64,000 nucleotides of DNA, taken from assembly GCA_043778225.1 (NCBI GenBank), contig JAYWGM010000101.1:1-64000 (forward strand), read 5' to 3'. The stretch is from Deinococcales bacterium (GTDB taxonomy: Bacteria; Deinococcota; Deinococci; Deinococcales; JAAFIG01). Positions 28,683 to 37,389 of the stretch are shown here, in pieces (the first letter of the stretch is position 1; every line of letters begins with the position of its first letter). The position numbers and the translations under genes were made by a program. The notes below the pieces were generated by a model that saw nothing but the letters and a program-made list of their open reading frames with translations, searched no databases and had not been told where the DNA came from.

Positions 28683-30131
28683 ATGATTACTGTTTTTAAT
28701 ACGTTAAGCCGCAGCAAAGAAGTTTTTGTGCCAAGTAGCCCAACCCATATTGGAATGTACCTTTGCGGTCCAACCGTCTATTCCGAGTCGCACCTTGGGC
28801 ATGGGCGTACTGGGGTTTCGTTTGATGTCATTCGGCGCTGGTTTACTTACCGTGGCTTTGCGGTGCGTTTTGTCTCTAACGTCACCGATGTCGGGCATAT
28901 CACTTCCGAAACCGACGATGACGGCGTAGACCGAATCGGGCAACGCGCTAAACTCGAGCGCGTTGAGCCAATGGAAATTGCCGACAAATATATGTGGGGT
29001 TATTTTCAAGATCTTGAGGCATTGGGGGTGCAAAAACCAAGCATCACCCCAAGGGCAACGGGTCATATTTTGGAGCAAATCGAAATGGTGCAGCGCTTAA
29101 TCGAGAACGGTCATGCTTATGAGCAGGATGGCAGTGTCTACTTTCGGGTGCGAAGTTTTGCCAAGTACGGACAACTGAGCGGTAAAAAAATAGATGACCT
29201 CGAGCATGGCACACGCGAAGGCGTGCGCGAGGACAAAGAAGACCCGCTCGATTTTGCCTTGTGGAAATTTGCCGAACCCGAACACATCATGCGCTGGAAT
29301 TCGCCGTGGGGCGAAGGCTTTCCCGGTTGGCACATCGAATGCTCGGCAATGGCACTCAAATACCTTGGACAAGGCTTTGATATTCACGCTGGCGGTCTAG
29401 ATTTACAATTCCCACACCACGAAGCCGAAATTGCCCAAGCCGAAGGGGCTGGCTACACCTTTGCCAAGTATTGGCTGCATGGCAATATGCTAACCATTGG
29501 CGGTGAAAAAATGAGCAAGTCCAAAGGCAACTTTATCACCCTTGCTGATTTTTACGCCACCAAAGCTGAACCGATGGTGCTGCGCCTTGCCTATATCCAA
29601 AGTCATTACCGCAGCATTGCCGAAATTGGTGATGAAACGATCGAAGGCGCAAAAACAGCTTTATCAAAACTGCGCGAAGTCAAACGCGAACTCGAGCGGC
29701 GTATCCCCGAAGCAGTGGCTGGCACTACTTTACTGCTCGAGAATGCCCTACAAAAAGCCACCACCGAATTTGAAGCTGCGCTGGACGATGATTTCAACAC
29801 CCCCAAAGGTTTAGCGGCGGTGTTTGACCTGACGAGGGAGGTCAACACAGCACTGACCTCTGGCGCTGGAAAAACCAGCCTCGAGAATGCTCTGAATTTC
29901 TATAACACCTTTGTCGGTGGTGTGCTTGGTTTGTACCACACGGCTCAGAACTCGGCTCGAGATGATGCCCAGTTGCTCGAGGGCTTAATGCAGATTGCGA
30001 TTGAAGCCCGTGGGGTTTACCGTCAAAACCGCGATTTTAGCCGCTCGGATGGCTTGCGCGACCGCCTCAAAAGCCTAGGCGTAACGCTCGAGGATACGGC
30101 GGTTGGCACACGCTGGAAACTCGAGACATGA
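28683..30131 (+). CDS. cysS: Cysteine--tRNA ligase
   Basis: [42 protein letters not shown] before ATG at 28683. Confidence 0.97.
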   Translation: MITVFNTLSRSKEVFVPSSPTHIGMYLCGPTVYSESHLGHGRTGVSFDVIRRWFTYRGFAVRFVSNVTDVGHITSETDDDGVDRIGQRAKLERVEPMEIADKYMWGYFQDLEALGVQKPSITPRATGHILEQIEMVQRLIENGHAYEQDGSVYFRVRSFAKYGQLSGKKIDDLEHGTREGVREDKEDPLDFALWKFAEPEHIMRWNSPWGEGFPGWHIECSAMALKYLGQGFDIHAGGLDLQFPHHEAEIAQAEGAGYTFAKYWLHGNMLTIGGEKMSKSKGNFITLADFYATKAEPMVLRLAYIQSHYRSIAEIGDETIEGAKTALSKLREVKRELERRIPEAVAGTTLLLENALQKATTEFEAALDDDFNTPKGLAAVFDLTREVNTALTSGAGKTSLENALNFYNTFVGGVLGLYHTAQNSARDDAQLLEGLMQIAIEARGVYRQNRDFSRSDGLRDRLKSLGVTLEDTAVGTRWKLET

Positions 30132-30793
30132 TTCAAGAAATTGCAGCCCAAATGGTTCAAATACAGGCAGGTAAGATCATCTTGAAGAACGAAAGAAGCC
30201 ACTTTCGTTGGATCGTACCAGTGCAGCCGTTTGCCATAAGTCAATTCGTCGTCACCCAAGAGCAGTACCAACTTTTTGCTCGAGATTTGGTTATCCAAGA
30301 ACAGGACAGTAAAAAGCCAGTTGTGGATGTTTCATGGCTTTCGGCAATTGCTTTTTGCGATTTTCTATCCGAAAAGGCTGGTTTAACAAGATGTTATTCA
30401 TGGGATTCGACTGGTCTAGTTTTATGCGACTGGACAGCCAATGGATACCGTTTACCCTCAGAAGCTGAATGGGAATTTGCTTGTAGGGCTGGCAGCACCG
30501 AGGTCAGGTACGGTGAGTTAAATGAGATTGGTTGGTATGAAGAAAACGCCGAAGCACAATTGCATCCAGTAGGCGCAAAAAAACCAAATGCGTTAGGGCT
30601 TTACGATACGATTGGCAACGTCTGGGAATGGTGCTGGGATGTTTTCGATGCCAAGGTTTACGGCGATTATCGGGTTTTTCGAGGCGGTGGTTGGAGCGAC
30701 CCTGCCCGCAGTTGCCGAGCTTCATGCCGCCGCAAAAGCCATCCAACTTTTTGTGTGGATGACCTTGGGTTTAGGTTAGCACAAACGATTTAA
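30128..30793 (+). CDS. Formylglycine-generating enzyme (FGE-sulfatase/SUMF1) family protein
   Basis: GYRLPSEAEWEFACRAG, PNALGLYDTIGNVWEWC, RGGGW, LGFRLA. Confidence 0.88.
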   Translation: MIQEIAAQMVQIQAGKIILKNERSHFRWIVPVQPFAISQFVVTQEQYQLFARDLVIQEQDSKKPVVDVSWLSAIAFCDFLSEKAGLTRCYSWDSTGLVLCDWTANGYRLPSEAEWEFACRAGSTEVRYGELNEIGWYEENAEAQLHPVGAKKPNALGLYDTIGNVWEWCWDVFDAKVYGDYRVFRGGGWSDPARSCRASCRRKSHPTFCVDDLGFRLAQTI

Positions 30794-30961
30794 CTCGAGA
30801 CTTGGCATAAACTCGAGCAATTCTGGAATCATGATTTGAATTTTCTGACCAAGCAGTTCTAGGGTGCTGGCTTCGGTACAAAGTCCAGGAATGTCGGTAC
30901 GCTCAGCAACCCAAACTTGGGCTTCTTCATCCCAGAAAGCATTGATGACAAAATTATTCAT
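30776..30961 (-). CDS. DUF1902/HicB-like small protein
   Basis: AFWDEEAQVWVA...DIPGLCTEA...IPELLE; TATGCT 7 nt before ATG. Confidence 0.7.
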   Translation of the reverse strand: MNNFVINAFWDEEAQVWVAERTDIPGLCTEASTLELLGQKIQIMIPELLEFMPSLELNRLC

Positions 30962-30988
30962 GGACTCGAGCATAGCATTGATTCAGAT

Positions 30989-31474
30989 TTAGGGTATCTC
31001 AATTTCAACCAGCTTTGGAAAGCCCACTGCCAATGCCGAAGCCTCGAGTTCGCCACCGACATCATAAAAACGTACTGCGCCATTCAAATCGCAAGTCCAG
31101 ACCTCGAGTGCGCCGCGTTCAAAGTACAATTTTCGTTTGCTCGAGATTTCACGCAGACTGTTGCTTGGCGATATAATTTCGACGCAGAGTTCTGGCGCTT
31201 GGGTCAAGTCGAGTTCGTCGCGGTGTAGCTTAAAAAATCCATAACTTGACCAAGCGACATCGGGTACTTTTACGCCTTTGCGCGTCCAAATAGCAGTTTC
31301 GGTACTGACAATCCCTTGTGGAAGATATTGTTCAATGATTCGGCACATCCGAGTTTGATAGATTCCATGTAGATACTTGGTTGGACTGATAACCACCTGC
31401 CCGTATTCATTGGTTTCAATTTTGAAGGGTAATTGACTTAAATCCTTGTGATTCACAATTTCTTGCCATGTCAT
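30989..31474 (-). CDS. Uma2-family endonuclease (DUF820)
   Basis: KVPDVAW, APELCVEIISPSN, YFERGALEVW. Confidence 0.88.
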   Translation of the reverse strand: MTWQEIVNHKDLSQLPFKIETNEYGQVVISPTKYLHGIYQTRMCRIIEQYLPQGIVSTETAIWTRKGVKVPDVAWSSYGFFKLHRDELDLTQAPELCVEIISPSNSLREISSKRKLYFERGALEVWTCDLNGAVRFYDVGGELEASALAVGFPKLVEIEIP

Positions 31475-31521
31475 TGCGCCACCTCTTGAAAGTCATTGTA
31501 GCAAAACCATAGACTCGAGCC

Positions 31522-32847
31522 ATGAAGCACCCCAAGATTCTTTCTGGTTCGGCTGCAAAATTGGCATTGACCCGTTCATTTGGTCAGCCCCAAGTGACAA
31601 GCGCCATGCTCGAGCGCAACCGAGTTTTGTTTGGGCAACCGCTGACTCCAGACCAAGCCGTGACAAAAATTCTCGAGGACATTCAAAAACATGGTGATGA
31701 GGCGGTTTTCGAGTATGCCACAAAACTGGATGGAATCCCGCAAGATGGTATCCAAGTGCCAAGGTCAGCTTGGCTCGAGGCTCGAGAAAACCTAGACCCA
31801 GACTTACTCCAAGCCATTCGTCAGGCGGTAACTCGAGTCAGAGATTTTCATTTGCGCCAGCCAACCCATGGCTTTCTCGAGCATACCGAATCTGGAGCGC
31901 TGGGGCAGTTGGTGCGTCCGCTCGAGCGAGTTGGCTTATACGCCCCGGCTGGGGCAAATCCACTGGCTTCAAGCGTGATTCACACCGCCGTGGTAGCGGG
32001 TGTGGCGGGTGTACCAGAAATTATCTTGTGTACTCCACCCAATAAAGCTGGTTTTGTAGACCCAACAACCTTGGTGGCGGCGCTCGAGAGTGGCGTGACC
32101 AAGGTTTTTGCGCTGGGTGGCGCGGTGGCGGTTGGGGCAATGGCATTTGGTACTACAACTGTGCCTCGAGTAGATAAAATTGGCGGTCCTGGCAACATTT
32201 ATACTGTCCTAGCAATGCGACAGGTCTATGGGCAAGTTGGGATTATTTCGCTGCCCGGTCCAACTGAAACACTGGTGCTGGCAGACGACACCGCTAATCC
32301 TGTTCATGTTGCCGCCGATTTACTGGCACAAGCCGAACACGTGGAGGCTGAGCCAGTGCTGATTGCCTTATCTAAGCACATTCTCAAAGCAACTTTGTTA
32401 GAACTCGAGCAACAACTGGCGAGCCTACCCGAGCCAAACCAGACTTGGGCACGGAACGCTTGGCAACAGCGCGGCAAAATTATTCTCGAGTCAAATTTAG
32501 AGACTGCCCTCGAGTTGGCGAATCATTATGCTCCCGAGCATTTGTGCTTACTGATTAAAAACCCGTGGGATGCTTTAGGGTTTGTCAAACACGCTGGCGG
32601 GGTTTTTATTGGCGAGTACAGCATGGAAGCCCTTGGCGATTATTTGGCAGGACCTAGCCATGTGATGCCAACCATGGGTACAGCCCGGTTTAGTAGTCCC
32701 GTCAATGTGCGCGATTTCCAAAAGATTATCAGTGTCGTGGCAGTCAATCGCCAGACCTTAGCGGCAACTGCCAAAGATGCAGCACGCTTGGCTCGAGCCG
32801 AGGGTTTAGAAGCCCACGCCCGAGCCATTGAATCGCGCAGTCCATAA
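31522..32847 (+). CDS. hisD: Histidinol dehydrogenase
   Basis: VDKIGGPGNIY, DLLAQAEH, YAPEHL, GDYLAGPSHVMPT, EGLEAHA. Confidence 0.96.
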   Translation: MKHPKILSGSAAKLALTRSFGQPQVTSAMLERNRVLFGQPLTPDQAVTKILEDIQKHGDEAVFEYATKLDGIPQDGIQVPRSAWLEARENLDPDLLQAIRQAVTRVRDFHLRQPTHGFLEHTESGALGQLVRPLERVGLYAPAGANPLASSVIHTAVVAGVAGVPEIILCTPPNKAGFVDPTTLVAALESGVTKVFALGGAVAVGAMAFGTTTVPRVDKIGGPGNIYTVLAMRQVYGQVGIISLPGPTETLVLADDTANPVHVAADLLAQAEHVEAEPVLIALSKHILKATLLELEQQLASLPEPNQTWARNAWQQRGKIILESNLETALELANHYAPEHLCLLIKNPWDALGFVKHAGGVFIGEYSMEALGDYLAGPSHVMPTMGTARFSSPVNVRDFQKIISVVAVNRQTLAATAKDAARLARAEGLEAHARAIESRSP

Positions 32848-32934
32848 AACGTGGCAAAGGTATGAATTGTCAGTTTAAGGCTACATTTGAGCCAAATCGC
32901 TCACGGTTTTAGACATCGGCGTAGAATACAACCA

Positions 32935-34137
32935 ATGTGGCGTTGGCTTTTGGTCATAACAGCTTTGGTAATCTACTTGGTTTTTCGTCCGAGTAGCGCT
33001 CCATGGCTAATTTGGATTGCTTTTTTGGCTGGTTTATTCTGGTTTTTATACCGCTCAGCCCCAAAAATTCGAGTCCAGCGCCACCTCGAGACCCCCCAAA
33101 CATTTACCAAAGAAGCTGTGGCGGTGCGCCTAGAGGTGCAAAGCTCGAGTTGGCTACCGGTGCTTTTTAGCCTCTCGGAAAACGTACCTCTGACCCTGAT
33201 TCCAGACCGACAAGTGGCGCTAAGTGGTTTATTTTGGGGAAACAGCAAACACATTCTCGAGTATCGGGTCTTGCCCAATATGCGTGGTGAATTTGTTTTT
33301 TCAGCGCTCAGTCTCGATTGGAGCGACCCACTTGGCTTATTTTTAAGGTACAGCAAAATCCATGCCGATACCACAACCCTATTGGTCTATCCGGGACTGC
33401 ATCCGCTTGAATTACCCGATTTACGGCGTCCACTTTTAGCCGATGGTCCAAAAGCCAAGTTTTTTGGTCTCGAGGATGCGCTCTCCTTGCGTGGGGTGCG
33501 TGATTATGTGGCGGGTGACGAATTGCGCCGTATTCATTGGAAACAAACCGCCCGCTTTGGCACAGACAACGGGCGTTATCAGCGCCTTGTGGTGCGCGAG
33601 TACGAACGGGTGGCTGCCACTGGGGTTCATGTTCACCTCGATGTGTCGAGTCGTGGAAGAATTGGCGAGATTTTCTTAGAAAGTGCCACCCGTTTGGCTG
33701 CCAGTTTACTCAAAAGCGCCAACCAACAAAACTTGCGGGTCAGTGTCTCGAGCGCCTTAGCCAACACCGAAAGCGGCTCGAGTTTTCAGGCTTTAGAATG
33801 GGCTTTTGCTTTTTTAGCAAGGCTTAAACTTGAGCCAGATGCACCACTGACCGTACCATTACCCGAAGCAGGGGCAAACCTCATTTTAATCACCGAACGC
33901 GCCCCAAGCGATTTGATCACTGGAGCAATTCATGCCCGAGCTAGAGCCGCCCGAGTGACCGTGATTGCTCTGCCAGAAGGCTTTTATCTCGAGCCGGGCG
34001 AGTCGGGTAGGGCTGTACACCATGCGCCACCCGACGAAATCCGCGAACTCAACCGCAAAGCGGGGGTTCTCGAGGAGGCTGGCGTACAGGTTGTGGTCTT
34101 GCGCGGCGACGAAAGCATCCTAAAACTTGTCTCTTAG
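32935..34137 (+). CDS. DUF58 (MoxR-associated vWA-like) membrane protein
   Basis: N-terminal TMs; DPLGLF; GVRDYVAGDELRRIHWKQTAR. Confidence 0.85.
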   Translation: MWRWLLVITALVIYLVFRPSSAPWLIWIAFLAGLFWFLYRSAPKIRVQRHLETPQTFTKEAVAVRLEVQSSSWLPVLFSLSENVPLTLIPDRQVALSGLFWGNSKHILEYRVLPNMRGEFVFSALSLDWSDPLGLFLRYSKIHADTTTLLVYPGLHPLELPDLRRPLLADGPKAKFFGLEDALSLRGVRDYVAGDELRRIHWKQTARFGTDNGRYQRLVVREYERVAATGVHVHLDVSSRGRIGEIFLESATRLAASLLKSANQQNLRVSVSSALANTESGSSFQALEWAFAFLARLKLEPDAPLTVPLPEAGANLILITERAPSDLITGAIHARARAARVTVIALPEGFYLEPGESGRAVHHAPPDEIRELNRKAGVLEEAGVQVVVLRGDESILKLVS

Positions 34138-34151
34138 GGTAGTCTAAGACC

Positions 34152-34988
34152 ATGAATGGTAAAACAGTCGTGGTTACGGGTGCAAGCAATGGTATTGGGG
34201 CAGTTACCGCCCTCGAATTGGCACGGATGGGCGCTCGAGTGCTGCTTGTGGTTCGCAACGAAAGCAAGGGAAAGGCGGTACTCGAGCAGATTAAAACCCA
34301 AACAGGGCAAAGCGCCGAGCTATTTTTAGCCGATTTATCACTTATCAAAGAAACCCGCCGTGTCTCCGAAGAAATCAGCCGCGCTGCCCCAAGCATAGAT
34401 GTGTTGGTTAATAACGCTGGTGGTATTTTTACCGAACGGCTCGAGACCAAAGAGGGCTTAGAGATGACTTTTGCGCTCAATCATATGGCATATTTTGCCC
34501 TAACCACGCTCTTACTACCAAACCTGAAAGCGGCTGGTAACGCCCGCGTGGTCAGTGTCTCGAGCAACGCCCACACGATGGCGCGAATCCGTTGGGACGA
34601 CCTCCAAGCCAAACAAAAATTTAATGGCACAACTGCCTATGGCAATTCTAAACTGATGAATTTACTCTTTAGCAACGAACTCTCGCGGCAACTTGAGGGG
34701 ACTGGCATGACCAGCAACGCGCTTCATCCGGGTGTGGTCTCGACCGGTTTTGCTCAGAACGCGACTGGCGCTTGGAAATGGTTTTTTAGCCTTGCCAAAC
34801 CATTTTTAATCACCCCAGAAAAAGGCGCAGAGACCAGTATTTACTTAGCCTCGAGCCTCGAAATCGAAAGTGCCACCGCGATGTACTGGGATAAAAAACG
34901 CCCTGTTCAACCCAGCGCCGCCGCACTCGACCAGACCAGTCAAAAGCACCTTTGGCTCGAGTCAGAAAAAATCATGGCAAGCCTGTAA
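34152..34988 (+). CDS. Short-chain dehydrogenase/reductase (retinol-dehydrogenase-like)
   Basis: TGASNGIG, VNNAG, YGNSK, HPGVVST. Confidence 0.92.
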   Translation: MNGKTVVVTGASNGIGAVTALELARMGARVLLVVRNESKGKAVLEQIKTQTGQSAELFLADLSLIKETRRVSEEISRAAPSIDVLVNNAGGIFTERLETKEGLEMTFALNHMAYFALTTLLLPNLKAAGNARVVSVSSNAHTMARIRWDDLQAKQKFNGTTAYGNSKLMNLLFSNELSRQLEGTGMTSNALHPGVVSTGFAQNATGAWKWFFSLAKPFLITPEKGAETSIYLASSLEIESATAMYWDKKRPVQPSAAALDQTSQKHLWLESEKIMASL

Positions 34989-35052
34989 ATTTGTGATATG
35001 AAAATTTTGCACACGACAACCCAGACGTGTATTTTGACTGATTAACCGACTA

Positions 35053-35100
35053 AGCGACCCTGCCCGTGAGCGACCACGCCCGTCAGCGACCCAGCCCGTA
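35053..35100 (+). repeat. 3 x 16-bp tandem repeat (AGCGACCnnGCCCGTn)
   Basis: Units at 35053, 35069 and 35085. Confidence 0.85.
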
Positions 35101-35169
35101 AGGTGCATCTTTAGGGTCAAGACAGGTGCGCGTTTGTGGTCAAGAGAGGTGCGTGTTCAGGGTCAAGAT
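35101..35169 (+). repeat. 3 x 23-bp tandem repeat (AGGTGC...GGTCAAGA)
   Basis: Units at 35101, 35124 and 35147; a similar unit at 37188-37210. Confidence 0.85.
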
Positions 35170-35237
35170 GGTCAAATAAGAGTGATTAAGTTAATTCGGT
35201 ATAAGGTGGTCAGTAAAACAAGCCCCGCTCCTCCCAG

Positions 35238-35312
35238 TAACCTCATCGCTTGAGAGAACCGCTTTACTCGTCGCTTGAGAGAGCCGCTTTACTCGTCGCT
35301 CGAGAGAACCGC
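35238..35312 (-). repeat. 3 x 25-bp tandem copies of the lepA 3' end
   Basis: TAACCTCATCGCTTGAGAGAACCGC / TTTACTCGTCGCTTGAGAGAGCCGC / TTTACTCGTCGCTCGAGAGAACCGC; the last contains the lepA stop. Confidence 0.9.
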
Positions 35313-37079
35313 CAAGAAGGCTTCTTGCGGCACTTCGACTGTACCGATTGACTTCATGCGTTTGCGTCCTTTTTTCTGCTTATTTAAGAGTTTCTTTTTA
35401 CGGCTAATATCGCCACCGTAACATTTTGCCAGCACATCCTTGCGGTAGGCTTTGACAGTTGAACGGGCAATGATTTTTGCGCCAATCGCCGCCTGAATTG
35501 GAATCGGAAACATTTGCCGCGGAATCACTTCTGCCATTTTTTCAACGATTTTTCTGCCCATAAATTCGCTCTTATCGCGGTGGCAAATAATCGCTAAGGC
35601 ATCCACAATTTCGTTGTTGACCAAAATGCCAACTTTGACCAAATCGTTTTCTTGATAGCCAATCTGTTCGTAATCCATGCTGGCATAACCTCGCGACAGG
35701 CTCTTCAAGCGGTCGTGAAAATCGTACAGCACTTCGCCAAACGGCACTTCATAGCGCAGTTCTACGCGCTTACCGACATAGACCAAATCTTTCATGTTGC
35801 CGCGCTTTTCGACCAACAACTGCATAGCACTGCCAACGTACTCTTCGGGCAGAATAACCGATAGCTTAATGTATGGCTCTTCGATTCTTTCGATGCGGTC
35901 GGCAGTTGGCAAATGGGCTGGGTTCTGCATTTCAAAAATTGTGCCATCGGTTTTGGTGACACGGTAAATCACACTTGGCGCGGTGGCAATTAAATCCAAG
36001 TCAAATTCGCGCTCGAGCCTTTCTTGCACCACTTCGGCATGAAGTAAACCCAAGAATCCACAGCGAAAACCAAAGCCCAGCGCCTCGGAGGTTTCGGGTT
36101 CAAAATGCAGCGCCGCATCGTTGAGTTGTAGTTTCTCGAGCGCGTCGCGCATTCGTGGGTAATCAGCCGTCTCGGTTGGGTACAAACCACTAAAAACCAC
36201 AGGCTGGGATGGCTTAAAGCCCGGAAAAGGCGAGGCTGTGACTCGAGTTGCGCCAGTCACGGTATCGCCAACTTGGGCATCGTGGATGTCTTTGATGCTG
36301 GCGGTAAACCAGCCAACCTCGCCAGCGCTCAACGAACCAATTTTCTCGAGTGCGGGGCGAAAAACCCCGACTTCATCCACGATACATTCTTTTTCGGTGT
36401 TCCAGAATTTCACACGGTCGCCGGGCGTGATGCTGCCCTCGAGAACCCGAATAAACGGAATCACGCCCTGATAACTGGTGTAGACACTATCAAAAACCAA
36501 GGCTTTAAGCGGTGCGGCAGGGTCGCCAGATGGGGCTGGAATCCGCGCCACAATTGCCTCGAGAATTTCAACCACACCCTCGCCCGTTTTACCACTGGCA
36601 AAGAGCGCATTTTCGGCTGGAATACCAATCACTTGCTCGAGTTCCATTGCCGCTTCAACTGGCATGGCGCTGGGTAAATCAATTTTATTGACGACTGGCA
36701 CAATTAAAAGGTCGCTCTCGACCGCCAAATAGGCGTTGACAATCGTTTGTGCCTCGACTCCTTGGCTGGCATCCACCAAAAGCAGCACGCCTTCGCAGGC
36801 AGCCAAACTGCGCGAGACTTCGTAGTTAAAATCGACATGACCGGGGGTGTCGATCAGGTGAAAAATATAGCTCTGCCCGTCTTTTGCGACATAATCTAAA
36901 CGCACTGGGGTTGCCTTAATCGTGATGCCACGCTCACGCTCGAGGTCGAGGGTATCGAGGGTTTGTTCGCGGCGGTCTCGGTCGGTCATTGCCCCACAGA
37001 CATCAAGAATCCTGTCCGCAAGGGTACTCTTCCCATGGTCTACATGGGCAATAATAGAAAAATTACGGATGTTGCTCAC
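35289..37079 (-). CDS. lepA: Elongation factor 4 (LepA)
   Basis: [55 protein letters not shown]. Confidence 0.98.
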   Translation of the reverse strand: MSNIRNFSIIAHVDHGKSTLADRILDVCGAMTDRDRREQTLDTLDLERERGITIKATPVRLDYVAKDGQSYIFHLIDTPGHVDFNYEVSRSLAACEGVLLLVDASQGVEAQTIVNAYLAVESDLLIVPVVNKIDLPSAMPVEAAMELEQVIGIPAENALFASGKTGEGVVEILEAIVARIPAPSGDPAAPLKALVFDSVYTSYQGVIPFIRVLEGSITPGDRVKFWNTEKECIVDEVGVFRPALEKIGSLSAGEVGWFTASIKDIHDAQVGDTVTGATRVTASPFPGFKPSQPVVFSGLYPTETADYPRMRDALEKLQLNDAALHFEPETSEALGFGFRCGFLGLLHAEVVQERLEREFDLDLIATAPSVIYRVTKTDGTIFEMQNPAHLPTADRIERIEEPYIKLSVILPEEYVGSAMQLLVEKRGNMKDLVYVGKRVELRYEVPFGEVLYDFHDRLKSLSRGYASMDYEQIGYQENDLVKVGILVNNEIVDALAIICHRDKSEFMGRKIVEKMAEVIPRQMFPIPIQAAIGAKIIARSTVKAYRKDVLAKCYGGDISRKKKLLNKQKKGRKRMKSIGTVEVPQEAFLAVLSSDE

Positions 37080-37138
37080 AATGCTTTTGAGTCTAGCAAA
37101 CTAAGATGGGGTGGAATGTCTTTAGACACCAAAAAGCA

Positions 37139-37210
37139 GGACAGACACGAGGGTCTGTCCCTAGAGTAAGGGGCGACCCAGCCTGACAGGTGTATCTTTG
37201 GGGTCAAGAA
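37139..37210. repeat. REP-like hairpin plus a single copy of the 16-mer/23-mer composite seen downstream of lepA
   Basis: GGACAGAC-N6-GTCTGTCC hairpin; GCGACCCAGCC at 37173; AGGTGTATCTTTGGGGTCAAGAA at 37188. Confidence 0.65.
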
Positions 37211-37350
37211 CTGTGTTCGCCTGTGACAAACGACGACTTTATAAACACGCTCTGAGAATTTTGCTACAAAACTGGTAGCGATTCGCCAATTGTCGGTTTC
37301 GGGCGATTGGTATGGTCATGGGCTATTCCTAAATTACTTGCTCGAGTCAA

Positions 37351-37379
37351 TCTCGGGGTGCAAAACTTGCACCCCGAGA
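37351..37379. terminator. Stem-loop downstream of the lipoprotein gene
   Basis: TCTCGGGGTGCAA-AAC-TTGCACCCCGAGA perfect 13-bp stem. Confidence 0.7.
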
Positions 37380-37389
37380 CGAACAAAGA

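Noticed and set aside
35053..35312. CRISPR array
   Set aside because: Units are contiguous with no unique spacers, there are three unrelated repeat types, and no cas genes are in the window.
37207..37319. Short minus-strand ORF (MTIPIARNRQ...) with a weak RBS upstream of lepA
   Set aside because: No motif, it runs into repeat DNA, and I cannot distinguish it from chance.
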